This document shows, piece after piece, positions 15,001 to 28,508 of a stretch of 64,000 nt of DNA. A program made the translations under genes and the position numbers. This DNA comes from Hamiltosporidium tvaerminnensis FI-OER-3-3 (taxonomy: Eukaryota; Fungi; Microsporidia), in NCBI GenBank assembly GCA_022605425.2, contig CM061249.1:992001-1056000 (forward strand), given 5' to 3'. Position 1 is the stretch's first letter, and each line of letters begins with the position of its first letter. Under the pieces are notes generated by a model. That model ran no database searches, was not told where the DNA came from, and saw only the letters and a program-made list of their open reading frames with translations.

Positions 15001-17139
15001 AAACATAAAGTGTTCTAATTCAATAACAAATCTCTATTCTATGTTATCACAGTTTCTTTTAAATTATTAATATATCATATCTACTGGCTTTTCTGTTGTT
15101 TAGATCTAAATTTTTTAAACCTAAAATATTTTTTGCAAAAATGGATATTTCTTTCGAACCAGATGTATTAGAATAATGACTCGTTTCTGTAATTTATATG
15201 CACTTTTGAAAAATAAATAAATGAAATTATGAGAATACCAAGGTTGAAATATATTATTTACGTCTTTTGAAAAGTATCTTTTTTTCTTTTAGAACATATT
15301 TTCTATTATTAAATCATGTAGTTCTTCAATTTTTTTGCAGATCAATTTAGATATTAAATTTTATCGAAGAATTTACATTTTTCGATCCTTCTTTTCCACG
15401 GATAGGAAAAATTTATGCTTGGATATGCTTTTTAAATTATTATAGGCGTTTTTGAGAAAAAATTTTCGTTCGATAGGTGGTCAATTCAATCACGATTTGA
15501 CTTACCCTAAAAATAAAGAATTTACTCAACAAAGGTCGAATTCGCTTTTGCGGTAATGAAATTCGATATCCATTTCTATAATATATTATATCGATAGAAG
15601 ATATGAATAATTTTTTTTCATTCGTATATTTTCAATTTAAAATATTCGAACCCATGGACTCTCCTATATCATATAGTCATTTATTATTTGCTTAATGAGA
15701 AGATGATATATATAAGATAAATGATTAAATTTTGTAAGTATATGTTCTGCAGAAGGTTTTTTTTAGACATTACATTATACAATTTTTTGTTTAAAGTAAG
15801 TAAGTTTTTTTATTTACACACTTTAAATATCTAAAGATTGATATATTATTCATAGCCGTATGCTAAACCTATTTAATTAACTTCTATATTTCTATATTTG
15901 TATTTACAGTTGCAAGTGCGCATGTGATGTTCATAAAAAAATTGCGTAAAAAGGGTTTATGTTTGTCATAAACAATAGAATCTTCATTCTTTTTGATGAT
16001 TTGATTTTCGAAAAAATCTAATTCCTTTGATTAAGCTCTTGTCAATAACAAAAATAAGTTTCTCAGTCGAGTTAAATCAAAACAAGAACTAATATTTAAA
16101 TTGATTTTTAAACCATAACCATTTGCCAAGAAGAATATTATGCGTTCCTTGATTATATTATAAATTCAATGAAAAAATGAAAAAGTTTCAATCTTTTCCT
16201 CTATTTTTCCGATATTTTTCAGGAGCATGATAATACTAAGCTTTATAGTTTTTGAATCACTAATGTAATGTTTGGTTTTCATTGTCCTAAAAAGTGGGTT
16301 TGTATCTTTACAAAACCAAGGCTAGGATGAATAGAGATCCTAAAAGGCTTGTAAATAAAAGCCATAATATTACTTAAAACTATACCGAGGCGGTAATTTT
16401 CGATTGATCGTCGCATTTGTGTGAAATGACTAAGGTTTGGCTATAATTAAGCGCAAGAGTTACGTATAAATAGCCGACTCTAAGTTCCTAAAAAGTTTAC
16501 CAAAGAGAAAAAATTTTAACAGTAATAATTTCATGAAAAACATAAAAATTTCAAATCAAATATTTAAGCAAAAACCAAGTAGACATACGAAATAATCAAA
16601 AAACTTAATGATAAAATCATATTGTTGTCTGCACACTATAAAAAAATCATGGCAATGCTTGAGTAGCTTGTAATTTCGAAAAACATCCTTTTATCGTAAT
16701 ACAGGAAACCTTGAATTCCTTTTTAATGAAATATAATTCATCAAAAAAAATCAAACCTTTTCATGATCAAGGTTGCGTCAAAAATTCGGTGCGGTTTTTA
16801 GGTTAGATTTGTAGCTATGATGATTCTAGCCCAGTAAGACGAAAAAATATCTTTAAACTGTCTGATATACTGATTTTTGCTTTTTTTTGTCTTATAGTTT
16901 CTTCTTTAATCAAATTTATTAATTTATTTTATATAAAAAAAGTTTGTTACTGTTTGACATGTCTTACTGGTTCTAATTAAAATTTTTATAACTCATTTTG
17001 TTTTCTTTCTACTAATAATAACCGGTTTAAAGCGATAATAGAAGTTAAAATTATATTTTTAAGAACTTACGTTAGTGAGATAGCCTTTTATAGCAGTCTT
17101 ACGCCTAAACTTACCTCAGTTTCTATATCTCTAATTAAT

Positions 17140-17360
17140 TATTCTGGGCGCCACGGCCTTGCACGTGTCTTGGCTTCTCACAGTAATGCTTCTCACCAGT
17201 CTCTTTCCAGTGGGTTCGTTTACTTCTTTGAATTTTGTAGAAATGTGGTTTTAAAGGGTGTGTTTTTGGCTCTACGCGTAACCCTAACTTGGAAAACAAG
17301 TCCCTTTTATTCGCCTCTTAAGACAAGCAGGGAATACCAAAATCCAATTCTGCTCAGGGT
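17140..17360 (-). mobile_element. Repeat family A copy 1: short non-autonomous RTE-like retroelement (SINE-like)
   Basis: Aligns by eye over ~200 bp with 36670-36889, 52353-52537 and 52765-52975. The minus strand reads AGAATTGG..GGTATTCCCTGCTTGTCTTAAGAGGCGAATAAAAGGGA at the 5' end and GAAGCCAAGACACGTGCAAGGCCGTGGCGCCCAGAAT at the 3' end. Confidence 0.75.
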
Positions 17361-17518
17361 ATCGCAGGAAAGATCTCTACTTTATAGAGACCAAGAATAT
17401 GAAGATGAGCAAAATAACTATGTTTTTTATTTAATTAAAAGCTTTCGTAAGCACCAAATCTGTTATGGAAATAATATTCTTCATCATGTTTTGTTTTAAT
17501 TATATATTATAAATATTT

Positions 17519-18205
17519 TGGTGAAGGAGAATAATCACATTAGAAACAATCTGCTTAGCAATATGCATGTGAAATCAGGGCAAAGATAATTGAAAGGATT
17601 TTTTGTGAATAAAACCACACTAAATTTTCGGTTGTTCCATTGGTGTTTGAATTTGGAGGTTTACGAACTGACAAAATTTTTTCTACAAATTTATTTTGTA
17701 GTTTTACAAGCAACTAGATCATGGAGAACAGCCGAATTCATAAATAATCGCAATGTATAAAAGCTTGGAAACATAATTTTAGTCAAACGGGTTAGAAAAC
17801 TTAGCGGCTGGGAGATATAAAAACCAAAATCTTTTAATTTAGGAAAATGGGTAGCAGGTTTTACCTATTGGTGTAATATTGATCTATCTAGGTAAACTCA
17901 TCTAGACCGAGATATATCTTCGCTAGAATTTTATTTAGTTCTTAAGTGTAAAGTAAGTTGGAATGTTACATAGTCTTGGAGGACCCAATGTGGGTTCCGC
18001 TTACTATTACATTCCATCCTTCTGACATTAACTAGCTCCGGTCAACGGCCTCGCCTCTTAATTAGGTTCTATACCCTTTTTAGATGAAAGGCTTTAAGAA
18101 TAATGTATCATAGGGACGCCGATGTAGTTTCGGGTACCTGTTATTTGTGTAAAACCTAGAACCGAGTTTTTCGGAAACAATATAACACTTGCTACTGTTC
18201 TTTGA
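17519..18205. repeat. Repeat family B copy 1 (~690 bp dispersed non-coding element)
   Basis: Colinear with 46848-47540 from GGTGAAGGAGAATAATCAC to AAACAATATAACACTTGCTACTGTT. Shares the block GACATTAAC..CTCCGGTCAAC.GCCTCGCCT.TTAAT. Confidence 0.8.
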
Positions 18206-20245
18206 AACTTTGTGAATTCTTAAATAACAGTATTTAGTTTTACATAGATTTCTAGGATCTTATTCGGTTTTTAATTTTTACTTTGCAATTCACATACGAT
18301 TAGTGGGCTAAAATACACTTTTATTAAACAAAGAAAATACTCCAGAAATAGCTAATATCTATATAGTATGCATATCGCCGTTTGATTCTCTTTGTAAACC
18401 TTATATCTTTCTTCAAACTATATAAAGAACTGCCAAAAATAGTCCGAAGTTCTTTATTGCTGTATTTTATAATCCTTAGCAGCTAAATAAAGCGATTAAA
18501 AACCAAGTCGTTATTTAAAATTAAAACAAAGCATCGTTTTAATAATCATTACAAGAACTCGGATGCATTATAGGCTTAATCAGTAATCTTTTTATGTAAT
18601 ATATGGCTTTTAAGCTTTTAGTAAGTTTTACGAATATTCTACGCACCTTAAATTCATCATAATACTTTGATTGTGAATTGCAGCCGAAGTCTGATTACAA
18701 TGACAAAAGAAAATTTGGATTAATATGTACAATTTTTTTTATATCTTCGAAGAATACCTTCAAACATAAAAAAATTCTAATATATTTGCTTAATGAATAA
18801 ATTTTTATTATCATGATCCTCAGAAAAGCGCTTATAAACCAAAAAGCTATTTGATTTGTAAATTTAAGCAACTTTTTGATTATGAATGATTTATATTTGA
18901 TTTTTATATCTAAAATTTGTAGTTACAGATATTTGATGTAATATTACTATAATCTATTTATAAAAATAAAATGTAGCCATGGTTTTTAGAACGGTTCTTG
19001 GACTTTGTGTTAAATATTTTAATTTGAAGGGCTATGTTTGCGTTTTATGTGAAATTTTAAGGATAGTCTTGGTAGAAATCTTTTGTGTAAAAAATTGGTT
19101 ACTAAGGGTCCCAGCTTTTTCATTTTATCACTTTCACTTCTTATGGATATAACATTTAAACACATATATAAATCCCGCGTATAAAATTTCCCTTTATTTA
19201 AATAGTTTGCCTTTTATCAATTTTTCGCATACCAAGATTGAAAACATATATAAGAAACACAAATATACGGGATCTTACTCTCTTAGGATGTAGAAACCTC
19301 TTTTATCCTTCAAATATGCTGCTCATATTAAAATCCTTGGATTCATTTCATGATTGCACTGTGCTCAATTGTAAATTTTTTTTTACAACTAAAACCACAA
19401 TATTAAACTTAGATATTACCGTTTTAATTTTAATTTTATGGCAAATTTACCATTAACACCAATGATTTGTAGAAATAAGTTTCTTTGAATATGTCTCTGG
19501 ATCGCATGTTACAATTTCTACCATATTTATTACATTAAAATTTTTAATTAAAACAAATCTAGGGATATTTTAAAACTAAAAGATAAAGCACATTTTGCAT
19601 TTACTTTAAGATTGTATTGCTTTAATAGTTTATTTAGATTAAGATTTTCAAAATAAAAAAACTTTAAAACTTTTCGAAAGTAAAATCAGCTAATGCGTTA
19701 CTGTAAATTATTCTCATAACAAAAAATTCGTTACCTCCAAAATTTCTTTTCCTAGCCAAAACTCTTTCTAGAAGAAATAGAAATTGTATAGTGAAATCTA
19801 TTTCAAGATATCATTAATTTATGCAGTTAGCTAAAATTCGTAATATCAACAATTTACTTGTCTCTTTGAAAGATAATTTACAAACAGATGTTAAAACATT
19901 TTTTAACCGAAATGCAAAGTAGCACATTATTACAAAAATATTTTATTACAAATTTTACTCTTTTGCGCATCATAACTCGTAACTCGTGATTCCGGATTTA
20001 AACTAAACGCGTATATGCAAATAAATATATTATACTTATGTATCTATTTAGAAGAGCATTTTTTTCGCATAATAAATTCGATGTTGCAATTTATATGGTT
20101 ATATTTGAATGAATATATTACTTTTTTTAATATCTTTACAAATTATTTTTCCATATAGTTTTATATTGTTTAATAAATTCAATATTAAATACTATATTTA
20201 ACCTGGTAAAATAAATTAGAAATTTTAATTAAATTTGTCTCGGCA

Positions 20246-20256
20246 AAGTATAAATA
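20246..20256 (+). promoter_or_regulatory. TATA-like element AAGTATAAATA of Cys-rich family paralog 1
   Basis: The identical 11-mer lies 19-20 nt before the homologous ATG in all three paralogs (20246, 28479, 39020). Confidence 0.6.
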
Positions 20257-20276
20257 AGAAGAAAAACTCGATTTTT

Positions 20277-20836
20277 ATGAAGAAAGTTTCTGTGCAATTT
20301 ATAGTAATGTATATTGTTTAATAACTTATATTGGTTTTTGTTTCGGTATGGGAACGCACGATTTCAGATGTTGTAGAGCACCTACGTATTGCAGACCATG
20401 TTGAAGTAATCCATGTTTTAAGGAGCCTGTGATCGAAATTATTTTATAAGTTCCGATAGTGCAAGCAACTCTAATTCTGAAAATGAAAGTGTAAATGTTA
20501 ACATTGTTTATCCAAAGATGAAAAAAGAGAAGAATGTCTTGTGGGCATAAATCACCCGGCTGCTCTGAACAAAAACCCGTCGAACCAGCTGAACCATCTG
20601 GTGGGAATATATGTATCCATATGAACGTAATCCGCGACCCCACTGCACTATCTGGAGAAGAATCGGAGGAAGAATCGGAGAAAGAAGGGGAAGCAGAAGA
20701 TGAAATCGAAGAAGTTGTAACAATCTATGTAACTAAAAAGGCGGTTTCGGCTAGTTCCGCAAAATCTAGAAAGTCTTCTAAACCTGGAAAATCAAAAAAA
20801 TCTGGAAAATCTAGGAAATCAAGTCGACGTAGTTGA
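20277..20836 (+). pseudogene. Frame-disrupted paralog 1 of the Cys-rich secreted-protein family
   Basis: Begins MKKVSVQF at ATG 20277. A frame-corrected reading gives YSNVYCLITYIGFCFGMGTHDFRCCRAP..CRPC*SNPC..GNICIHMN, an acidic tract and a Ser/Lys tail, homologous to the 28509 locus. It needs four single-base restorations and has an in-frame TGA at 20402. The listed ORF 20534-20836 is its 3' part. Confidence 0.75.
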
Positions 20837-22139
20837 AAATCTAAATCGAATGGAAGAAAAACCGATAAACTTATTTTGAACATGTGTAATTCAATTCTTA
20901 TTTTCCTAAATCGTAAATGTGTAAATTTCTTTTAGGAGAATAAGAAATATAAAAATATTTTACTAGGATTCCAATGAATAAAAACGGAAAAATAATTCAT
21001 CTTCTCAATAATATTTTAGAATTAAATTATATGAAAATTGTTTGTATAAGATTTCCAACACTCGAAATGATGTTACTCTTTCAATTCAAGCTATAAATAT
21101 ACAATCAATTGTTTTTTAATTATAATATTATATTTTACCGATTTCCAAATGATTAAAATCATAAAATTTATATTTGTAAATAAAATATCTAAACCATGAA
21201 GTTGAATATTATCATTAGAAAGTCAAAGAATTTATACGAAGTAACTTCATAACTATTAAAAATTATAAAGAAAGTGTTTATTTGATTAATTCGAATCGGA
21301 TGACTGAAAAAATATATTCGGACGATTTTATAGAAAAGGACAATGAATTATACGACGTTGGAATGATTAAAGTCTCATTGTAAATAGTTTTTCCTTTTAT
21401 TTATATTTAATTCTTTAAAACTAAAAGTTTTGATTTAGTAGCATTAATTAATTAATTTTATCTAGCTATGTTCAGTTATGATTGGTTATATTTAGTTATG
21501 TATAGTTTAAATTTGTTTTTTAAATTCGAATTATAAGCAATAAATTACACATTCTATATTGACAAACATATCCAATAAAAAAACTATCTAATACTTATAT
21601 CGGATGCATTTTGCTGCTAAATCCAATATCTTTGTCTGGTGTAAACCCGATCTTTCTGGTTATTTAGAATCCATACCTCCTTATTCAGGATATATTAGAG
21701 AAATTTATATTTTTGTTACCATTAAAAATATCGGATTAAGATTTCTTTTATGATCCACTTAGGTTAAGAAGAACCTGTAAACATAATTAACAGAAAAGGA
21801 TAAAAAAATTCCATGAAAATATATTAATAATGAAAAGACGGATTTTAGTATGAAAAAAATTTTGAAAAATCAAACGCGCTCTATTAAGTCACGGTTCTGA
21901 TTGCCCCTTCCTCTTTTTTCTCAGTATTTATTTATTTTAATTTTAATTCTTGTCAAACTCAAAATCAAGGAGATTCTTCTCTATTGCTAGATCATTGGGC
22001 TCAGGAAAAACATTTTAGGTTTTTTGCGTTTTTTCATTTTTGATAAAAAAAAAGCCAGAAACTTTAAGGTTTATCAACTAATATACTATAAATATTATTT
22101 TATAAAATACAAAGATCGCAATTTTTATATAGTATATTT

Positions 22140-25100
22140 TTTGAATAAAATTTTTCGTTAAGGTTTTATATATCCTCTTCTGCCTCTTCAAGTACTTTAT
22201 TTTTTTCTTTCGAATCCGAATATTTGCTTATATCTATTGTTGATAAGTCTAGCATAGTTCCTTCCTCTGAAATATTAGGTGGATTAAAATTTTTTGGGTT
22301 TTTTAACGCCATTTTTCTTGATACGCTTGTATTATGTGAGCCTTTATTCCCAAGTATCTCTGCTTCCTTGATAACAACAATGATGCTTTTTAATAAATCT
22401 CCGTGAATTTGGTTCACACTTAGGTCTTCTTCGTCTTTCAAAAGAGAATGTTTTTGACTGTTTTATTGCGCTATCGACGAAATAGATCCTTCTGTATTCA
22501 TGAGTATTCGGTTTCTTTTAGAATAAATCTTATATTGTTCCTTTAAAATACCTTCCCTGGTTATAACATATGCTTTTGTTTTCTAAACTACATTTATAAA
22601 TAAGATCGAGCCCTTCGTCTAATAATTCAGATTCTCTTAATCTATAGTTTCAACAATTTCAAGTAAATCAAAAGAATCGCTTCTTGCTCAATGTGCGTTT
22701 ATTTCATTACTCCATCTAAAAGATATATTTAGTGTCTATCATTTCGAATCTTAACATATGCTTTTATTATTGGGTCGACATTTATCTCTGCATACTCTTT
22801 TTCAATAATTTCTACCTGCTTGGCTTTTCTTCGCCGAAACCTTGGATTTAGACTCATTGAGGAGCGTTATATGTTAAAACAAAGCGCACGATGTGAAGTT
22901 CTGTATAATACCCATGTAATCTTTTAAATAGCGTTCTAATACTTATTATTATGATAACCACATTGCAAGTTTAAACATTGATTCCGCTTCCCACAATAAA
23001 TTTATATCCGAATATACTAGGACATTGTTAAATGGATTTAACTCATATTTCCCTTGTTAGTCATCTTGAAGGTCCCTAAGACACACCTTTTATTTTTTTG
23101 CATTAAGGTCTCGAGTGACTTTTATAATTTGATATTTTGTTACATGGTCTAGCAAGTTGAGGCTATTCGTAATTCCTTTTGTTGATTTATTTTAACTTAT
23201 ATTTTACCTTTATGAAGCTTTCTATTATTGCAGGATGCGCTTTCTTGGTATTCCCGGCTTATAATTTTTGATGTTCGGGTTGGTAATTCTTAAGTTTTTT
23301 TCTAGATACCTAAGAGTTGCAGACGCATATTTTCACTTTGCAAGTAACACCATTTAATCCTCTTACATGCTCTGTTCTAAGAAGATACTGGCGCTCTTTG
23401 CATCTTGATTAACGGTAAATTATATTTAAACTTAAACGCCGCACATATCATATAATTAATTATGACATTTAGCCGGTTCAAGTTAACCTTTTCTATTTGA
23501 TTTCTGTTTAACAATATCGCATGTTGGTTAATAGTAGAAAATATTTTTTTGATTTACTTACTACAACAAAGTCTTTCTACTTTTGCTACAAGTTTGCTTA
23601 TAATGTTTCAATGGACCCTCGTATAAGATTTTTTCTGCTGACTTCTAAATTGCAAAAAATTTATAAACCAAAAATCTTCGCGAGGCAATAAATTCACCAC
23701 AGGTATCATTTGTGGCTCACTGCTTTCTGTTTATCTCTAATCTAATAATGTTTACATGTAACTCAACTAGCATAGACTTTGATGTTGTAAAATTCTACGT
23801 GAAAGAGATTATGATCATAAATTGAAAAGAGATAGTTGCTAGTGTAAATATCTGCATTGGTTTGTATTGTAAATGTTGTTTAATTCTAATTGGTCCTTGT
23901 TACATTTTTCGCACAGCACAAAAAGTTAGGAAAACCATCTCTTTGTAGAATACCTCTTAATCTCTTTATGTTTTTATGAGCTTACTGATATATTTAATTT
24001 CGTTTTTGAATAATACCATAATGGAAACAAGAACACCTCAAGCAAAAAAAAATTAATGAATTTGGTCAGATAAATATTATCATATGCTAACGTGTGCGCT
24101 CTTGACACCAATGCATGTTTCATTAGAAAATTGATTACGACTTCTTAATAGGAACATTCGATAGTGCCCGCCTAATCGTTTTTTGCTTAAGCTCCTATCG
24201 TCGCTACTTTTCTAGCTAGAAACTCTCGCGTTAAATCTTAAAGTTGGATACCTTTGTTAAGGATTCGGTTGCTAACTCATAGAATTTATACATATCTGTG
24301 ATAATCTTTGGTTTGGGTTCCTTTGTGGATGCTTATACTAGCAAATACATATGTCCGCAGTAGAACCAGGCAATTTGGAATTCGGTTTATATTCTAAAAT
24401 TTCAGTTAAAATAAAAATATTTTTGAAAAGTCGTAGTCTGTTAAAAAAAAAACAATTGCTATCACATGTAGGTGCTTTTTGGGTTTAAATATATTGGGGA
24501 TGTTTATCAATCCATAAAGTGAAAAAAACATGACTTGTGATGTATCCGGCCCCAGCTATATCGGCTGATCTAATATATGGCTATACTATTGATCTTCTTC
24601 TACGCTGTAAAACGAAAAAATACAAATTAATCACAACCAAACATGTCCTTTGATTTACTACGCTCTAATAACCTACGAATAATTCCACCTCGAAACAGTT
24701 CATAAATATGATGCTCTTTTTGAGATTATTCCTTGGTGTTAAACGCAAAGATTTTTAGACCTTTACATTTCTTTATTTGTTTTTCTAACTAGAGCTTCCA
24801 AATGATTAGATATAGGCTTATGTTTGAATAATATTTTAAAATAACTTTCTTTAGGCGCTTATCGAAATGACAACATGTTTTCTCTGTAGACTACCAATCT
24901 ACAGAAAGCTATTAATAAATCTCTCTAGGAGATTCACCTTCTATTTTAACTATCAAGCATATCCCTGTTTAGCTTTGGTTTTTCCATTGTAATGTAACCC
25001 TTCTCACCTTATATGAACGATTTCTCGTTTTTAAATGTTCTTGGTAGATGATACACTGCATAGGCAACGGCTTTTCATCAATGAATAAAGAAATTGGGTT

Positions 25101-25600
25101 TTAAGAAATTCATAAAGAATTTTTCAAAAGGTGAACCTATGCCTTCTAGTTTGCTTTTATTAAGAATTTTGGTTGCATTTAATTTCTTATGGTTGATATA
25201 GAATTCCTTGTCGGCTTGGAACATTTCTCAGCGAAAAAATAAACGAATCTACTTTGTTTCTCTTTTTTTATTTAAGTCGATTTGCGCTTCGTTCTTTATG
25301 AAGATTTTTGTACGTGTAAATTAAAGAAGAGCCAAATTTGTTATTGTACTACCTATCGAGCTCTGTCCAGCAAATTCGAATGATGGCTTCCGAACATTGT
25401 TCTTAGTGTAAAAAAAATCGTTCCAAGCAATTCTATGCGTGTGCGGTGGAAGAATCTTATAATCCGCAGTGAACATATTCCATATGTTTCGAGAATAGCG
25501 TAAGTACTAGAGGCAGGACATGTCGATTGCTTCTGCGCAGAAATATAAATCGCTAAGTACGGTGTTCTTTAAACTATGGTAAGAGGACAAACCAACATTT
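22140..25600 (-). mobile_element. Old, heavily decayed copy of the RLE non-LTR retrotransposon
   Basis: ORF 22166-22441 ends KNFNPPNISEEGT..KVLEEAEEDI*, versus KNFKPKNKAPLISQGGT..VVKEIEENI* in the 32.7-kb element. Shares the 3' UTR CTTAACG.AAAATTTTATT. Colinear nucleotide similarity at ~23570-23650, 24350, 24545 and 25490. Confidence 0.75.
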
Positions 25601-28508
25601 ATGTATACCATTGCAATTAGGCTTTAGAATGAATACGAATTGGAATATAAAAAAGGAAGGAAGAAATTTGTCTGAAAAATTTGGCAATTATTTTACATGA
25701 TTCAACTTTTTATTCGCATGTACATCACCTGCGGCTTTATTCAATTTTTTCTTATAACATATAAAGATCGCATAAATACAAATATTTTATATTTTGAGTC
25801 TTATCTCTCATTTTTTTGTTTTGTTAAACGGATTTTTTTTATTTTAGCCAAGCCTGTAATTTTCATTTCAGACTTTTCCTATATTTTGAGCCGAAAAAAT
25901 ATACCGACGAAATAAAATATGCGATTCTAACTATATTTTGTAGGTGTTTACTCTGTAGCAGATTATTTAGCACATAGTTTACTCAATTTTATACATTACA
26001 AGATGTAACTCAAATAATACAAAGTGGATGAGCTGGAAATTAAATGTCTAAAAGGATGTATTGTTTTATCTAATACCATATTCAAAACGACAAATAGCAA
26101 ATATAAAGCTCGTGATAAACACTATTTCGCGAGGTTTTTAATCATATGATATAATTTTGGAATACTGGTTGCAGTCAGTGGCATCTTCCGCTAATTTAAA
26201 ATTTTGGTGATGAAATAATTTTGATTTTTGTCAAAAAAGTACGCAATATCCGAAGGAAATAATATTAGGTATCTTAAAGGGTTTCAGCGTGATAAGTTGC
26301 GAATTTTCTGGAAAACAATGGATCATTGGAAGTTTCTCAGTTTTCTTTTATTAGTTAACGCATTGGCTATAGATTTTCAAGTTTTTATAAAAAAAATGTT
26401 GTGATCGCCGTAAGATACAGAAAAAATATTTGTTGGAATTTATTAATATTTTTAGAATAGATGAAATCACTTTAGGTATATAGAAATGAATTGGTCTTAA
26501 AAAACGAAATGAAAAACTTTCTAAAACGCTTAAATTGTAAATTTCATGGTTATTAATATATGAGCGATTGGTCAAACCTACAAGTAGTCTGGCGACTTAA
26601 TCCGAAATAGAAACCATTCTAGGCTAAAATTATGTTTATCTATACAAGAGAAATTTCAGCTAAGAATAAATTTCATTCTATAGCAACATAGTACTGAAAA
26701 AATTTTTTTTTATATTTTAATCTATAATTACGAGAAGAATATATTGTGTGTGTAAGTTCGGGGAAAGAAAAACAAAAGTTTGTTAGATCGAATTCAGATC
26801 GTTTTGATATTCAGCTGTATCATCGGAAACCTGGTATTTTCTCGGTATTTTAGTTTCCCGGGCACGGTTCGCTGAGTTTTCGAAGATTTAAAGTTATTTG
26901 CTTCTTAAAAGAAAAATTTTTACGTTGATATAGATTTCTACGGAAAAAATCATCTCTTAAGCGAGAAAACGAAGAATTTTAATTTTCTTGAATCTTGTTT
27001 TAAAAAACGATACATAGCAACAATGTTTGTTTGGTACCATTTAGTCATTTTTAATCTCCTTTAAAAATTTTCTTAAAAAATGCTAATGTTTCTTGATTGA
27101 AATACCTTTGACTGCAAAGTATGGTACCGCAAATTTCTTTTTTATATTTAAAATTAATCTTAAATTTCTGTTTTATTTTAATAAATTTGTTCTTTGGATC
27201 TGTATGATGTATCTATAGGATTATATAGCACCATAAGCCTGTCAATAATAGGTTACTGTTGATGCGTTTGAAGCGTTTTACTATTAAAAACAAAGAAGCC
27301 TCGAAGTATAAAATGCTACATGTTCTTCATCTTAATCATTTTATAGAAAATTTTTTACCTTTACACATGTATTCAATAGCTGTAATCTTTCACATGGGGT
27401 GATAGTGTTATTTATGGCTATTTTTTGTCTAAAAAATTATATTTTTGGAGAATATATGTTTTTTACATTTATTCTAAGTTTTGGGATATTAAGATTACTG
27501 GTTAAAATTGTTTTCATTATATTCATAATTAAACATCTTTTGGCTATTCTAATATTTCTAAACGATATTTCATGGAATTCTCTTAGATAACTTATTTTAA
27601 TATTTGTTTGTTAGAGAGTTACATGTTTTAATACAATTAATTCGACTTAAAAAATATTCTGTTAGTGATTGAATATCATAATCAATGGTTAGACATTGTT
27701 TTGATCTTAATTAAGCGGTTTTATAATTTAACTTCTACATTTGACATTTGTTGCTTGCTTAATATTGATATTAATTATTTTTTAGTTAAATTTTAAGTAT
27801 TGAGCTTAACAAGTAATTTACTTTGTTGTACTAGATACGATGTAATTTATTTTAAGGTTATTATGAAGAGAAACGGTTGCTTTATTTAAACAAATAAAAC
27901 TAAAAATTAGTAGTATTCGAACAATTTTTTCGAACTACTTTACGTTTGGTTTTCTGTTAACATCTAATCATCGAAATGAAATTATCAAAGGAAAATAAGC
28001 AATTGATATATCTTTTTTGGTGTTTTCTGACGTTGATTTCTATTTTAAGTTTCTTGAAACTTGATGCTATTTCAAAGGCATCATTCATGGACATAAAAGA
28101 TGGGCAAGTCGGGTATTGATGCATATTTTGCTGTTATATCCAATTTTAAACTGCTAGTATCGATCTAAAGAGGTTAATATAACTCTGTTTTAAATTTAAA
28201 TTTTATTAAATTTTATTCAATTCAATTTAATACAATATAATATACTATAATACGGCGTAAAAGGGTAATTTTATGTAAAGAAGTAGTTAAATTCAAAAAT
28301 TGCTAATTTCATGACTTAATTAATAATATAAAATGCATGTGATTTTCTAAGAACAAATTTACAATCGTAACACTATATTTAAAATTAATTTGCTTTGTAT
28401 TGTTTAATAAATTTATAATTAAATTTATGATTCTAATTAGTTGCTCAACCAAAAATATAAATTTAATTTATATCTTAAAAGTATAAATAGGTGGGGAATT
28501 TAATTTTT

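Noticed and set aside
17279-17288. TAACCCTAAC as a telomerase RNA template
   Set aside because: It lies in the variable middle of family A and is not conserved in the other three copies.
17170-17499. 109-aa ORF and the similar ORF 36652-36891
   Set aside because: These are antisense readings of family A. The frame is not preserved across all copies and the starts are non-ATG.
20277-20350. Short spliceosomal intron explaining the first frameshift in the Cys-rich paralogs
   Set aside because: There is no GTAAGT..AG of suitable size, and the region aligns as coding sequence with the intact paralog.
20402-20404. TGA as selenocysteine
   Set aside because: There are other lesions in the same gene, no recognisable SECIS, and no evidence for Sec machinery; a nonsense mutation is simpler.
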